The notes beneath the pieces are model-generated. The model was not told the DNA's origin. It searched no databases and saw nothing but the letters and a program-made list of their open reading frames with translations. Made by a program: the position numbers and the translations under genes. Shown here one piece after another: positions 51,277 through 61,027 of a DNA stretch of 64,000 nt. This stretch comes from Enterobacteria phage vB_EcoM_IME540, in sequence record MT150133.1; one strand, given 5' to 3'. Position 1 is the first letter of the stretch. Every line of letters starts with the position of its first letter.

Positions 51277-52851
51277 ATGGCAAACTTTAATACAATATTA
51301 AGTTTTCTTAAGCCATGGGCTAATGAAGACGAAAAAGAATATAAACAACAAATTAATAACAATTTAGAGTCTGTCACCGCACCTAAGCTTGATGATGGCG
51401 CTCGCGAAATTGAGACACAAGAGCAAAATATTCCTTATAATGCTCTTATGCAACAGATGTTTGGTAGTAATGAGCCTGAAGTTAAAAATACCAGGGAACT
51501 TATTGATACCTACCGTAATTTAATGAACAACTATGAAGTCGACAATGCCGTACAGGAAATTGTGTCTGACGCTATTGTCTATGAGGATGATAAAGAAGTA
51601 GTTGCATTGAATTTAGACGGGACAGAATTTAGTCAAGCAATTAAAGATAAAATCTTGGCCGAATTCAGTGAAGTTTTAAACCTTTTAAATTTCCAACGTA
51701 AAGGTACTGACCATTTCCAACGCTGGTATGTAGACTCAAGAATTTTCTTTCATAAAATTATAAACCCTAAAAAAATGAAAGATGGCGTACAAGAGCTTCG
51801 TCGCTTAGACCCACGCCAAGTCCAATATATTCGTGAAATCGTTACACGTATGGAAGATGGCGTTAAAGTTGTAGACGGATATCGCGAGTTTTTCGTTTAT
51901 GATACAGGCCATGAAAGTTATTGCGCTGATGGACGCATTTATTCAGCCGGGACTAAAGTTAAAATTCCTCGTGCTGCAGTGGTTTATGCTCATTCTGGAT
52001 TATTAGATTGTTGTGGTAAAAACATCATTGGCTATTTGCAACGTGCTATTAAGCCTGCAAACCAGCTTAAATTGATGGAAGACGCAATGGTCATCTACCG
52101 TATTACACGTGCTCCTGACCGTCGTGTGTTTTATATCGATACAGGTAATATGCCTTCACGTAAGGCTGCAGCACAAATGCAACATATCATGAACACGATG
52201 AAAAACCGTGTGGTGTATGATGCTTCGACAGGTAAAATTAAAAACCAACAACACAATATGTCCATGACTGAAGACTATTGGTTGCAACGTCGTGATGGTA
52301 AAGCGGTAACAGAAGTTGATACAATGCCAGGTGCTACTGGTATGAGTGATATGGATGACGTTCTTTATTTCCGCACAGCACTTTACCGTGCGTTGCGTGT
52401 TCCTGAATCACGTATCCCTAGCGAGTCTAATTCTGGTGTTATGTTTGATGCCGGTACAGCAATCACTCGTGACGAATTAAAATTCTCTAAATGGATTCGT
52501 CAACTACAAAACAAATTTGAAGAAATTTTCCTAGACCCGTTAAAAACAAACCTCATTCTTAAAAAGATTATTACAGAAGATGAGTGGGAAAAGGAAATAA
52601 ATAATATTAAAGTTACGTTTAACCGTGATAGCTATTTCAGTGAAATGAAAGATGCTGAAATCATGGAACGCAGAATCAATATGCTAACGATGGCTGAACC
52701 ATTTATTGGTAAGTATATTTCACATCAAACGGCTATGAAAGATTTCCTCCAAATGACCGACGAAGAAATTAATCAAGAAGCTAAGCAAATTGAAGAAGAG
52801 TCTAAAGAGGCTCGTTTCCAAAACCCAGATGAAGAAGAAGAGGATTTCTAA
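51277..52851 (+). CDS. 20: gp20 portal protein
   Basis: 524 aa, as in T4. Synteny, with recalled similarity ([14 protein letters not shown]...). Confidence 0.95.
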   Translation: MANFNTILSFLKPWANEDEKEYKQQINNNLESVTAPKLDDGAREIETQEQNIPYNALMQQMFGSNEPEVKNTRELIDTYRNLMNNYEVDNAVQEIVSDAIVYEDDKEVVALNLDGTEFSQAIKDKILAEFSEVLNLLNFQRKGTDHFQRWYVDSRIFFHKIINPKKMKDGVQELRRLDPRQVQYIREIVTRMEDGVKVVDGYREFFVYDTGHESYCADGRIYSAGTKVKIPRAAVVYAHSGLLDCCGKNIIGYLQRAIKPANQLKLMEDAMVIYRITRAPDRRVFYIDTGNMPSRKAAAQMQHIMNTMKNRVVYDASTGKIKNQQHNMSMTEDYWLQRRDGKAVTEVDTMPGATGMSDMDDVLYFRTALYRALRVPESRIPSESNSGVMFDAGTAITRDELKFSKWIRQLQNKFEEIFLDPLKTNLILKKIITEDEWEKEINNIKVTFNRDSYFSEMKDAEIMERRINMLTMAEPFIGKYISHQTAMKDFLQMTDEEINQEAKQIEEESKEARFQNPDEEEEDF

Positions 52852-53096
52852 TGGAAGATTTAATCGAAGCTATTAAATCAAACGACCTCGTAGCAGTTCG
52901 TAAAGCAGCAGCCCCGCTTATCGAATCTCGAGTAACCGCTTTGATTGAAGCCCGTAAAGCAGAAATTGCTCGCTCCGTTATGATTGAAGGCGAAGAAGCT
53001 GACGAAGATGACGAAGACGACGAAAAATCCGATAAAGCAGATAAGAAAGACAAAAAAGAATCTGACGATGCGGATGATGACGAGGACGACGAATAA
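52851..53096 (+). CDS. 67: gp67 prohead core protein
   Basis: 81 aa. [20 protein letters not shown]... with a poly-acidic tail, like T4 gp67 ([18 protein letters not shown]...). Confidence 0.9.
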   Translation: MEDLIEAIKSNDLVAVRKAAAPLIESRVTALIEARKAEIARSVMIEGEEADEDDEDDEKSDKADKKDKKESDDADDDEDDE

Positions 53097-53524
53097 TGTT
53101 CCTTATCCCTGATGATTACGAATTAACTCTAGAAAGCGTAGAGGCCAAAATTCCAGAAGCACAGGGACGTTTTGCTGCTCTTTCTGAAGCGCTCGAGAAA
53201 AGCGATATAAATAATCTTGTAGAGAACATGATTGCTGAAGGCGATATCGAATGTGCTATCGCTCTTGGTTCTTTAAATGAATCAATGGCTCTTAACGAAT
53301 TTATAGTTAAACACGTTTCCTCTAAAGGTGAGCTTACTCGTACTAAAGATATTAAAACCCGTCAACGTAATGCGTTCCAAACGACAGGTTTATCTAAAGC
53401 AAAACGCCGTCAGATTGCTCGTAAAGCATCTAAAACCAAACGTGCTAATCCGTCTACTCAAGTACGTGCCGAACGTAAGCGTAAGAAAGCCCGTTCTAAA
53501 CGTAAAGCTTTTGGACTCAACTAA
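53096..53524 (+). CDS. 68: gp68 prohead core protein
   Basis: 142 aa (T4 141). Basic C-terminus. Synteny. Confidence 0.85.
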   Translation: MFLIPDDYELTLESVEAKIPEAQGRFAALSEALEKSDINNLVENMIAEGDIECAIALGSLNESMALNEFIVKHVSSKGELTRTKDIKTRQRNAFQTTGLSKAKRRQIARKASKTKRANPSTQVRAERKRKKARSKRKAFGLN

Positions 53525-54159
53525 TGAAACCTGAATTGCTCATCGAACATTGGGGACAACCAGGTGAAATTATCGATGGGGTTCCTATGTTGGAATCTCA
53601 TGATGGAAAAAATTCTGGGCTTGCTCCCGGCCTTTATATAGAAGGCATTTTCATGCAAGCAGAGGTAGTTAACCGTAATAAACGCCTTTACCCAAAACCT
53701 ATTTTGGAAAAAGCCGTTGCCGATTATATGGCAGAACAGGTTGCTACTAAACAAGCTTTAGGAGAATTAAACCACCCACCTCGTGCTAACGTTGACCCTA
53801 TGCAAGCTGCTATCATTATTGAAGATATGTGGTGGAAAGGTAATGATGTTTATGGACGTGCACGTATCATCGAAGGTGACCATGGCCCTGGTGATAAACT
53901 AGCTGCAAATATCCGAGCTGGCTGGGTTCCTGGTGTTAGTTCTCGCGGTCTTGGTTCTTTAACTGAAACCAATAAAGGATATAAGCGTGTAAACGAAGGT
54001 TATAAATTAACCGTCGGTGTTGATGCAGTATGGGGACCATCTGCTCCTGATGCTTATGTAACTCCGAAGCAAATTACAGAATCACAAACGGTAGAAACCG
54101 ATACCAGTGCCGATGACGCCTTTATGGCTCTCGCAGAGGCCATGAAAAAAGCGTTATAA
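53524..54159 (+). CDS. 21: gp21 prohead core protease
   Basis: 211 aa (T4 212). LGELNHP and SSRGLGS motifs. Synteny. Confidence 0.92.
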   Translation: MKPELLIEHWGQPGEIIDGVPMLESHDGKNSGLAPGLYIEGIFMQAEVVNRNKRLYPKPILEKAVADYMAEQVATKQALGELNHPPRANVDPMQAAIIIEDMWWKGNDVYGRARIIEGDHGPGDKLAANIRAGWVPGVSSRGLGSLTETNKGYKRVNEGYKLTVGVDAVWGPSAPDAYVTPKQITESQTVETDTSADDAFMALAEAMKKAL

Positions 54160-54162
54160 ATA
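54155..54162 (+). promoter_or_regulatory. late promoter TATAAATA (gene 22)
   Basis: Exact motif overlapping the gene 21 stop codon, 27 nt before ATG 54190. Confidence 0.7.
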
Positions 54163-54189
54163 TTATTATCTAAACAACAGGACTACAAA

Positions 54190-55005
54190 ATGCTTAAAGA
54201 ACAACTGATCGCCGAAGCACAGAATATTGATGCTTCCGTTGCTCTTGACAGTATTTTCGAATCAGTTAATATTTCTCCGGAAGCAAAAGAAACTTTCGGC
54301 ACTGTATTCGAAGCTACCGTCAAGCAACACGCCGTGAAACTGGCTGAATCTCACATCGCTAAAATCGCTGAAAAAGCGGAAGAAGAAGTCGAGAAAAATA
54401 AAGAAGAAGCTGAAGAAAAAGCCGATAAGAAAATCCAAGAAGCTGCCGGTCGTTTCCTTGACCACGTTGCTAAAGAATGGATGGCTGAAAACCAGCTGGC
54501 TGTTGATAAAGGTATTAAAGCCGAACTGTTCGAATCCATGTTGATGGGTATGAAAGAACTGTTTGTTGAACACAATGTGGTTGTTCCAGAAGAAGCAGTA
54601 GATGTTGTTGCTGAAATGGAAGAAGAACTCCAAGAGCAGAAAGATGAAACCGCTCGTCTGTTCGAAGAAGTTGGTAAGCGCGACGCGTATATTAATTACG
54701 TACAGCGTGAAGTTGCTGTTACGGAAGCAACTAAAGACCTGACTGAATCCCAAAAAGAAAAAGTTAGTTCTCTGGTAGAAGGCATGGATTATTCCGATGC
54801 ATTCGGTAAAAAAATTGGCGCTATTGTTGAAATGGTTAAAGGTCAATCTGACGTTGAAAACCCAATCACCGAAGCCGCTATAAATAAAAATGTAGACGAT
54901 GCTGCGGCACTGAATTACATTTCAGAAGCAGTTGAAGAAAAAGGCGCTAAGCCTACCCTGTCCTTCGCGGACCTGTCTGCAATCGCAGCATCACGAATTT
55001 CTTAA
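54190..55005 (+). CDS. 22: gp22 major prohead scaffolding core protein
   Basis: 271 aa (T4 269). Glu/Lys-rich and helical. Synteny. Confidence 0.92.
   Translation: MLKEQLIAEAQNIDASVALDSIFESVNISPEAKETFGTVFEATVKQHAVKLAESHIAKIAEKAEEEVEKNKEEAEEKADKKIQEAAGRFLDHVAKEWMAENQLAVDKGIKAELFESMLMGMKELFVEHNVVVPEEAVDVVAEMEEELQEQKDETARLFEEVGKRDAYINYVQREVAVTEATKDLTESQKEKVSSLVEGMDYSDAFGKKIGAIVEMVKGQSDVENPITEAAINKNVDDAAALNYISEAVEEKGAKPTLSFADLSAIAASRIS
54879..54886 (+). promoter_or_regulatory. candidate late promoter TATAAATA for gene 23, inside the 3' end of gene 22
   Basis: Exact motif 140 nt upstream of ATG 55027. No motif exists in the short 22-23 gap. Could be a chance occurrence. Confidence 0.4.
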
Positions 55006-55026
55006 TTTAATAAGGTTATACAACAC

Positions 55027-56586
55027 ATGAAAAAGAATGCATTAGTTCAAAAATGGTCCGCTCTGCTGGAAAACGAAGCCCTTCCTGAAATCGTGGGTGC
55101 TTCTAAACAAGCTATCATTGCTAAAATTTTCGAAAACCAGGAACAAGATATTCTGACCGCTCCTGAATACCGTGACGAAAAAATCTCCGAAGCATTTGGT
55201 TCTTTCCTGACCGAAGCTGAAATTGGCGGTGACCACGGTTATGATGCTACCAATATCGCAGCTGGCCAGACTTCTGGTGCTGTAACTCAGATTGGGCCGG
55301 CAGTAATGGGTATGGTTCGTCGTGCTATTCCTCATCTGATTGCTTTTGATATTTGTGGTGTTCAGCCTCTGAATAACCCTACCGGCCAGGTATTTGCCCT
55401 TCGTGCAGTTTATGGTAAAGACCCTATCGCTGCTGGCGCTAAAGAAGCTTTCCATCCGATGTATTCTCCGGACGCTATGTTCTCTGGTCAGGGCGCTGCT
55501 GAAACTTTCGAAGCACTGGCTGCAAGCAAAGTTCTGGAAGTTGGTAAAATTTATTCTCACTTCTTCGAAGCTACCGGTGCTGCACACTTCCAGGCTGTTG
55601 AAGCCGTAACCGTTGATGCTGCTGCTACTGATGCCGCTAAACTGGATGCTGCTATTACCGCTTTGATTGAAGCTGGTAAGTTGGCTGAATTGGCTGAAGG
55701 TATGGCTACTTCTATCGCTGAACTTCAGGAAGGCTTTAACGGTTCCCAGGACAACCCGTGGAACGAAATGGGCTTCCGCATCGACAAACAAGTTATCGAA
55801 GCTAAATCCCGTCAGCTGAAAGCAAGCTATTCTATCGAACTGGCACAGGACCTTCGTGCAGTACACGGTATGGATGCAGATGCTGAACTGTCCGGTATCC
55901 TTGCTACCGAAATTATGCTCGAAATCAACCGTGAAGTTATCGATTGGATTAACTACTCTGCACAGGTTGGTAAATCTGGTATGACCAACACCGTTGGCGC
56001 TAAAGCTGGTGTGTTTGACTTCCAGGACCCGATTGATATCCGTGGTGCTCGTTGGGCCGGTGAGAGCTTTAAAGCCCTTCTGTTCCAGATTGATAAAGAA
56101 GCAGCCGAAATCGCTCGTCAGACCGGTCGTGGTGCTGGTAACTTCATCATCGCTTCCCGTAACGTAGTTAACGTACTGGCTGCAGTTGATACTTCTGTAA
56201 GTTATGCAGCTCAAGGTCTGGGTCAAGGTTTCAACGTTGACACAACCAAAGCAGTATTTGCCGGTGTTCTTGGTGGTAAATATCGCGTTTACATCGACCA
56301 GTATGCACGTTCCGATTACTTCACCATCGGTTATAAAGGCGCTAACGAAATGGACGCAGGTATCTACTATGCTCCGTACGTTGCACTGACCCCGCTGCGT
56401 GGTTCCGATCCGAAGAACTTCCAACCGGTAATGGGCTTCAAAACTCGTTACGGTATCGGTATCAACCCGTTCGCTGACCCGTCTGCACAGGCTCCTACCA
56501 AACGTATTCAGAGCGGTATGCCTGACATCGTTAACAGCCTTGGTCTGAATGGTTACTTCCGTCGCGTATATGTTAAAGGTATCTAA
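55027..56586 (+). CDS. 23: gp23 major capsid protein precursor
   Basis: 519 aa (T4 521). Long matching stretches to recalled T4 gp23, including AIIAKIFENQE, GSFLTEAEIGGDHGY and the C-terminal FRRVYVKGI. Confidence 0.98.
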   Translation: MKKNALVQKWSALLENEALPEIVGASKQAIIAKIFENQEQDILTAPEYRDEKISEAFGSFLTEAEIGGDHGYDATNIAAGQTSGAVTQIGPAVMGMVRRAIPHLIAFDICGVQPLNNPTGQVFALRAVYGKDPIAAGAKEAFHPMYSPDAMFSGQGAAETFEALAASKVLEVGKIYSHFFEATGAAHFQAVEAVTVDAAATDAAKLDAAITALIEAGKLAELAEGMATSIAELQEGFNGSQDNPWNEMGFRIDKQVIEAKSRQLKASYSIELAQDLRAVHGMDADAELSGILATEIMLEINREVIDWINYSAQVGKSGMTNTVGAKAGVFDFQDPIDIRGARWAGESFKALLFQIDKEAAEIARQTGRGAGNFIIASRNVVNVLAAVDTSVSYAAQGLGQGFNVDTTKAVFAGVLGGKYRVYIDQYARSDYFTIGYKGANEMDAGIYYAPYVALTPLRGSDPKNFQPVMGFKTRYGIGINPFADPSAQAPTKRIQSGMPDIVNSLGLNGYFRRVYVKGI

Positions 56587-56602
56587 GATATAACCTTATT
56601 AT

Positions 56603-56632
56603 GGGAGACTTCGGTCTCCCATTCTTGTTTCT
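56603..56632 (+). terminator. rho-independent terminator after gene 23
   Basis: GGGAGAC-TTCG-GTCTCCC followed by ATTCTTGTTTCTG. Also sits just downstream of the convergent minus-strand ORF. Confidence 0.75.
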
Positions 56633-56635
56633 GTA

Positions 56636-56902
56636 TTATGCAATCTTAACTCGGCGGTTGATGATATCACGGAAGTCAATACGATTTTCTTGGATTTTCA
56701 GCCAGTTACCAGATTTGTCTTTGGTATGGGTAGAGTATTCACCGTTCCACCAGAAGTCGGTAGCATAAGCCATGGCTTCGTATTTCTTAACTAAGGCATT
56801 CACTGCATTACCATTAGGATTGTTACCGAATTTTTCTACCAGAGCTTTGATGTCTTTATCAAGAGCGGAAAGAGTAGTACGAATAAAGTTTAACTTGTTC
56901 AT
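56636..56902 (-). CDS. hypothetical early protein (88 aa) antisense to the late cluster
   Basis: Trimmed to ATG 56902 (GAGGAG SD). Has its own early promoter at 56932-56961. MNKLNFIRTTLSALDKDIKALVEKFG... No family recognised. Confidence 0.6.
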   Translation of the reverse strand: MNKLNFIRTTLSALDKDIKALVEKFGNNPNGNAVNALVKKYEAMAYATDFWWNGEYSTHTKDKSGNWLKIQENRIDFRDIINRRVKIA

Positions 56903-56931
56903 TTTTAATCTCCTCATGTTTTGATAGGTCT

Positions 56932-56961
56932 ATAGTAACATGTGAGAATCTTGCTGTAAAC
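56932..56961 (-). promoter_or_regulatory. early promoter (GTTTAC -18 nt- TGTTACTAT)
   Basis: Conserved 15-mer TACTATAGACCTATC present. Interleaved with the plus-strand late promoter of gene 24. Confidence 0.7.
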
Positions 56962-56967
56962 AACTTT

Positions 56968-56975
56968 TATAAATA
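56968..56975 (+). promoter_or_regulatory. late promoter TATAAATA (gene 24)
   Basis: Exact motif, intergenic, 28 nt before ATG 57004. Confidence 0.75.
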
Positions 56976-57003
56976 AACATATACCCTCAATAAGGAAAGC
57001 GCA

Positions 57004-58287
57004 ATGGCAAAGATTAACGAATTACTGCGCGAGTCAACAACTACTTCCAGCAACTCATTGGGTCGCCCTAATCTTGTTGCTTTGACCCGTGCTACAACCA
57101 AATTGATTTACCGTGATATTATCGCCGAACAACGTACTAGCCAGCCTATTGCTGCACTGTATGGTGTCAAATATCTTACCCCTGATAATGAATTTAGTTT
57201 CCAGACAGGTGCCTCTTATGGTGGTGAAGTTGGTTCTAAAGACCGTGAAACTATCCCAGAACTCACAGATAAGGCCCAGGCGATTGCTCAGGGTGAATAT
57301 TTCAAGTACCAGAATGTGGTTTATAAGGCTCTTAAAGCAAGCCCACTCGCGTCCACTAGCGCCACAGAATTGGCTGATGCTCTTCAAGAAGGTTTAGTGT
57401 CATTAACATGTCGTCTGGTTCCTGATGCTGCCCATACCACTAAATTTGAAGCGAGTGATGTAGAAATCTCTGATGCTGTATTCCAGGTTAATAAATGGAA
57501 TGCTCCGGTTAAGACCCGTAAATTGAAGACGGCTTTGACTGTAGAATTAGCGCAGGATATGGAATCAAATGGCTTTGACGCGCCGGCGTTCTTAGAAGAC
57601 CTCTTGGCTACAGTAATGGCAGATGAAATTAATAAAGACGTTCTGCAATCTCTAATAACCGTATCCAAACGTTATAAAGTTACTGGTGTATCTGATAACG
57701 GCATCATCGATTTGTCTTATGACAGTGCTCCTGAATCTGCACGTAAACTTTATGAACTCGTTTGTGAGATGAATTCTGAAATCCAGAAAACTACTTCTTA
57801 TTCTGGCACGTTTGTTGTGGCTTCAAGTCGTGTGGCTGCAATGCTTGCAGGTTCTGGCTGGTTAAAACATAAACCCGAAGATAATAATTGGCTTCCGGAA
57901 ACTGCATACGGATATTTGTTGAATGGTCTGCCTCTGTTTTGTGACGTTAACAGTCCATTAGATTATGTTACCGTTGGTGTTAAAGAGAATTACGGCGGTA
58001 ATGAAGTTGTCGGTTCTATTTTCTACGCTCCCTATACCGAAGGCTTAGATTTAGATGACCAAGAACACGTCGGTGCTTATAAGGTTATTGTTGACCCGGA
58101 TTCATTACAACCTTCTATTTCTCTGATGGTTCGTTATGCACTATCAGCTAACCCGTACACCGTGGCTAAAGACGATAAAGAAGCTCGTGTTATCGATGCA
58201 ACCAATATGGATTTAATGGCTGGACAGAGCAATATGTCTTATCTGGTTGGCGTTAAACTTCCGGCAATTATTTACGAGGCTGATTAA
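57004..58287 (+). CDS. 24: gp24 head vertex protein precursor
   Basis: 427 aa, as in T4. MAKINELLRESTTT..., RKLKTALTVELAQDMESNGFDAP and RYALSANPYTVAKDDKEAR match T4 gp24. Confidence 0.95.
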   Translation: MAKINELLRESTTTSSNSLGRPNLVALTRATTKLIYRDIIAEQRTSQPIAALYGVKYLTPDNEFSFQTGASYGGEVGSKDRETIPELTDKAQAIAQGEYFKYQNVVYKALKASPLASTSATELADALQEGLVSLTCRLVPDAAHTTKFEASDVEISDAVFQVNKWNAPVKTRKLKTALTVELAQDMESNGFDAPAFLEDLLATVMADEINKDVLQSLITVSKRYKVTGVSDNGIIDLSYDSAPESARKLYELVCEMNSEIQKTTSYSGTFVVASSRVAAMLAGSGWLKHKPEDNNWLPETAYGYLLNGLPLFCDVNSPLDYVTVGVKENYGGNEVVGSIFYAPYTEGLDLDDQEHVGAYKVIVDPDSLQPSISLMVRYALSANPYTVAKDDKEARVIDATNMDLMAGQSNMSYLVGVKLPAIIYEAD

Positions 58288-59567
58288 TGTCTAAGATTGT
58301 AGACCTAATTAAAGAATCCACATTGACGGCTGCCAGCTCGGTTGGCCGTCCTGCTCTTCTTTCATACACCCAAGCAACTAATAAACGAATCTTTAAAGCC
58401 CTAGTTGCTGAACAAAAAACAAATCAACCGGTTGCTGCTCTGTATGGGGTACGTGTACTGAATCCTGACGACAAAATGACTTATCTTGGTGGAGCAACAT
58501 TTGCGGGCCAGATTGGTATGACGGAACGTGAAAATATTCCAGAATTTACTGATTCATCTACAGCTTATGCGGTCGGTGATATGTTCCAGTTTGAAAGCGT
58601 AGTGTTTAAAGTTCTAGAAGCATCTCCTTTCGCCGGAACCACAGAAACCAACCTCAGCGAAGTTATTTCTGAAGCAGTGGCAGCCGGCCATATCCGTATG
58701 GCGTCGGATGCTGCTATTACTTCTAAATTTGAACAAGGCCATCCTGAAATTGCTGAAACCGGATTCCGTATCGACAAATGGCAATCTGAAGTTAAATCGC
58801 GTAAACTGAAAACTTCATTGACAGTCGAATTAGCCCAAGACCTAGAATCTAACGGGTTTAATGCTCCTAATTTCGTTGAAAATCTGCTAGGCATTCAAAT
58901 GGCAGAAGAAATTAATAAGGATGTATTACAGTCATTAATTACCGTGAGCTCTCGTTTTAAAGTCCAGGGTGTTTCTGAAAAGGGTGTATTAGACCTTACC
59001 AACCCTCGCTACGATAATGCCCAGGACCGTGCTCGCACATTATATTATTATATGTGTGAGATGAACTCTGCCGTCCAACGACAGACTTCTTTTGCCGGGA
59101 CTTATGCAGTAGCTAGTTCTCGTTGTGCTGCTATTCTCGCCGCCTCTGGTTGGGTTGAGAAAAAGGAAGACCAGGACGAATTGGCTTATGGTATATTAAA
59201 GAATGGCCTACCACTTTATGCTGATATGAATAGTCCATGTGATTATGTTATTGTTGGTGTAAATGCCCAGATGGGTGAAGGACAGACGGTCGCATCTTTA
59301 TATTATGCGCCTTATACGGAAGGTTTGAATGTGGTTGACGAAGAAGGTGATACTTCAGTTGGTGAATTTAAGGTTATTGTTGACCCGGAAAGCTTACAAC
59401 CTACAGTAGCATTGCTTGCTCGTTATGCATTGACTGCAAACCCTTATACCGTCGCTAAGGACGATAAAGAAGCCCGCATTATTGATGGTTCTGATATGGA
59501 CAAAATGGCTAATCAAAGTCAATTGAGTTCTTATCTCGGCGTAAAATTACCGCCTTTAGAAAAATAA
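58287..59567 (+). CDS. second gp24-family vertex protein paralogue
   Basis: 426 aa, collinear with the upstream gp24; roughly half the positions are identical by eye. Keeps the propeptide MSKIVDLIKE|S and RKLKTSLTVELAQDLESNGFNAP. TAATG junction. Confidence 0.85.
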   Translation: MSKIVDLIKESTLTAASSVGRPALLSYTQATNKRIFKALVAEQKTNQPVAALYGVRVLNPDDKMTYLGGATFAGQIGMTERENIPEFTDSSTAYAVGDMFQFESVVFKVLEASPFAGTTETNLSEVISEAVAAGHIRMASDAAITSKFEQGHPEIAETGFRIDKWQSEVKSRKLKTSLTVELAQDLESNGFNAPNFVENLLGIQMAEEINKDVLQSLITVSSRFKVQGVSEKGVLDLTNPRYDNAQDRARTLYYYMCEMNSAVQRQTSFAGTYAVASSRCAAILAASGWVEKKEDQDELAYGILKNGLPLYADMNSPCDYVIVGVNAQMGEGQTVASLYYAPYTEGLNVVDEEGDTSVGEFKVIVDPESLQPTVALLARYALTANPYTVAKDDKEARIIDGSDMDKMANQSQLSSYLGVKLPPLEK

Positions 59568-59590
59568 AAGGGACCTTGCGGCCCTTTATC
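59567..59590. terminator. bidirectional hairpin terminator between the convergent gene-24 paralogue and rnlB
   Basis: AAAGGGACC-TTGC-GGCCCTTT, with U-rich tracts on both strands. Confidence 0.7.
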
Positions 59591-59592
59591 AT

Positions 59593-60600
59593 TTATTTGG
59601 ATACTAGTTCAATCCATACGGCTCGTAGGGTATCTTTTACACACTCAACGAGCTGCTTTTTAACTTCAACAGGATTTTCTGCATCAGTTAATTCTAATTC
59701 TTCACGGGCAGCTTCTTCTAAGATATCTTGGACTGCCAAGCCCATTACCTTTCCAAAATCCTTCGGCGATACTTCGCCAATCTTACTGATAACGTTGTTA
59801 ATACGGTTAACAGTCACATAATCAGTGAATTGCCACATCAAATCCATATCGTCTTGGGACAAAACTACAGCCGCCTTAATAGGCTTATCAGACTTTTTCT
59901 TCTCGCTGAATTTAGAGTTCTTACATTTAATCGCCACGCGATTTCCATTAGGAAGCCAGATAGGAATATCGGGTTTAAGTACAAAGCCTTCAGCCGTGAA
60001 TACTTTACCTTCTACCTTAGGAATAAAGTCTGTAGAGTTTGCAATAGTTAGGCCTGCGTTATCAACCGCAAAATTATAATCAGGAATAACTGAATCAAAG
60101 TCATTAGGTAATTTAATAAGGTCTTCAAAGCTACCAGTAGCCAGACATGGCGCGACCTTAAACTTATGGATAATACAGAAGGCTTCCATCAATGTATCGG
60201 TTAGAACAGATTCTGAACCATCTTCTTTAGTAACTCGGATATCGAACACATAAAAGTCTTTATCGCCGTAGTCCACATTCTTCTGGATGCCTGTCCCAGC
60301 GAATTCGCCATAAATCTGGTATGACTGATAATTAATCGATTCAATTAGATGTTGAACTGATTTAATAGAATCAGCGTAGTTCTTAAGTACAATTTCATAA
60401 CCATAGAAATCTTCAGCAGGGAGGATAGGGCCAGTGCGCTTGGCGCATGTGACTGCGTCACGTTCTATGATTAAACTAAAGTTGGTTCCATGAATCTTCT
60501 CACGTGCTACCCATTCACCACCAGTCAAACCGTTAGTACGGAGTTTTTCGATAAACTTACTGTTGTAGTGGTTTTCGAGACTGCTATATTTCTTGAACAT
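59593..60600 (-). CDS. rnlB: RNA ligase 2
   Basis: 335 aa (T4 334). [20 protein letters not shown]...[16 protein letters not shown] (ligase motif I KxHGxN)...[24 protein letters not shown] matches T4 Rnl2. Confidence 0.96.
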   Translation of the reverse strand: MFKKYSSLENHYNSKFIEKLRTNGLTGGEWVAREKIHGTNFSLIIERDAVTCAKRTGPILPAEDFYGYEIVLKNYADSIKSVQHLIESINYQSYQIYGEFAGTGIQKNVDYGDKDFYVFDIRVTKEDGSESVLTDTLMEAFCIIHKFKVAPCLATGSFEDLIKLPNDFDSVIPDYNFAVDNAGLTIANSTDFIPKVEGKVFTAEGFVLKPDIPIWLPNGNRVAIKCKNSKFSEKKKSDKPIKAAVVLSQDDMDLMWQFTDYVTVNRINNVISKIGEVSPKDFGKVMGLAVQDILEEAAREELELTDAENPVEVKKQLVECVKDTLRAVWIELVSK

Positions 60601-60686
60601 AAATCACCATAATAAATATAATTAAATAGAAGAGCTAGTAGTCTTCTGTCACCAAGCCAAATGGGTTAACGGAAGGACCTAGACCC

Positions 60687-60712
60687 ATTATATCACACCT
60701 AAATTTAAAGCA
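60687..60712 (-). promoter_or_regulatory. middle (MotA-dependent) promoter: TGCTTTA -13 nt- TGATATAAT
   Basis: Minus strand ATATGCTTTAAATTTAGGTGTGATATAAT, 87 nt upstream of the rnlB ATG. Confidence 0.6.
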
Positions 60713-60714
60713 TA

Positions 60715-60924
60715 TTACTTTGAACTAGAACGCGCTTTGCGCCGAACCTTGTTGTTCAATCTTTTACGATAAACAACCTTTTCTTTCGCTTTAAATTTGG
60801 CCTTGGCTTGTTCTACATCAACCCATGCTTTGGCCATGTCCTTAGCGGTCCCACCCATTTTTTTAGCAATTTCTATAAAATTCAACCCAGATTCGTGTAA
60901 AAAATGTACTTTAACCTTATCCAT
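60715..60924 (-). CDS. hypothetical small basic protein (69 aa), T4 24.2/24.3 position
   Basis: Trimmed to ATG 60924, because the track 5' extension covers the promoter. MDKVKVHFLHESGLNFIEIAKKMGGTAKDMAKAW... looks HTH-like, with a Lys/Arg-rich tail. Confidence 0.55.
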   Translation of the reverse strand: MDKVKVHFLHESGLNFIEIAKKMGGTAKDMAKAWVDVEQAKAKFKAKEKVVYRKRLNNKVRRKARSSSK

Positions 60925-60953
60925 AACAATTCTCTCGTTGAGTTGGTAAACCC

Positions 60954-60983
60954 ATCTTAACATAGAATTTTTAACTTGTAAAC
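60954..60983 (-). promoter_or_regulatory. early promoter (GTTTAC -18 nt- TGTTAAGAT)
   Basis: Minus strand GTTTACAAGTTAAAAATTCTATGTTAAGAT, 30 nt upstream of ATG 60924. Confidence 0.5.
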
Positions 60984-61002
60984 AGGAATTTTGTACTTTA
61001 AC

Positions 61003-61025
61003 GCAAAATGGGCCTTGCGGCCCAT
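61003..61025 (-). terminator. rho-independent terminator after hoc
   Basis: Minus strand ATGGGCC-GCAA-GGCCCAT followed by TTTTG. Confidence 0.7.
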
Positions 61026-61027
61026 TA

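Noticed and set aside
54262-54846. 194-aa minus-strand ORF, plus further plus- or minus-strand track ORFs of 60-150 aa nested in 6617-7006, 9590-10033, 13658-14041, 15141-15509, 16650-17117, 22198-22512, 23224-23538 and similar intervals
   Set aside because: All lie antisense to, or out of frame within, genes that have clear homology or good SD/packing logic. Their products are Phe/Ile/Leu/Ser-rich translations of AT-rich antisense sequence. None has a convincing SD or promoter.
55042-56424. 460-aa minus-strand ORF covering most of gene 23
   Set aside because: It is antisense to a gene whose product matches T4 gp23 nearly residue for residue. Its translation is low-complexity (Thr/Ser/Phe/Asn-rich), with no start context or promoter. 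This is a typical shadow ORF produced by the strong codon periodicity of a highly expressed gene.
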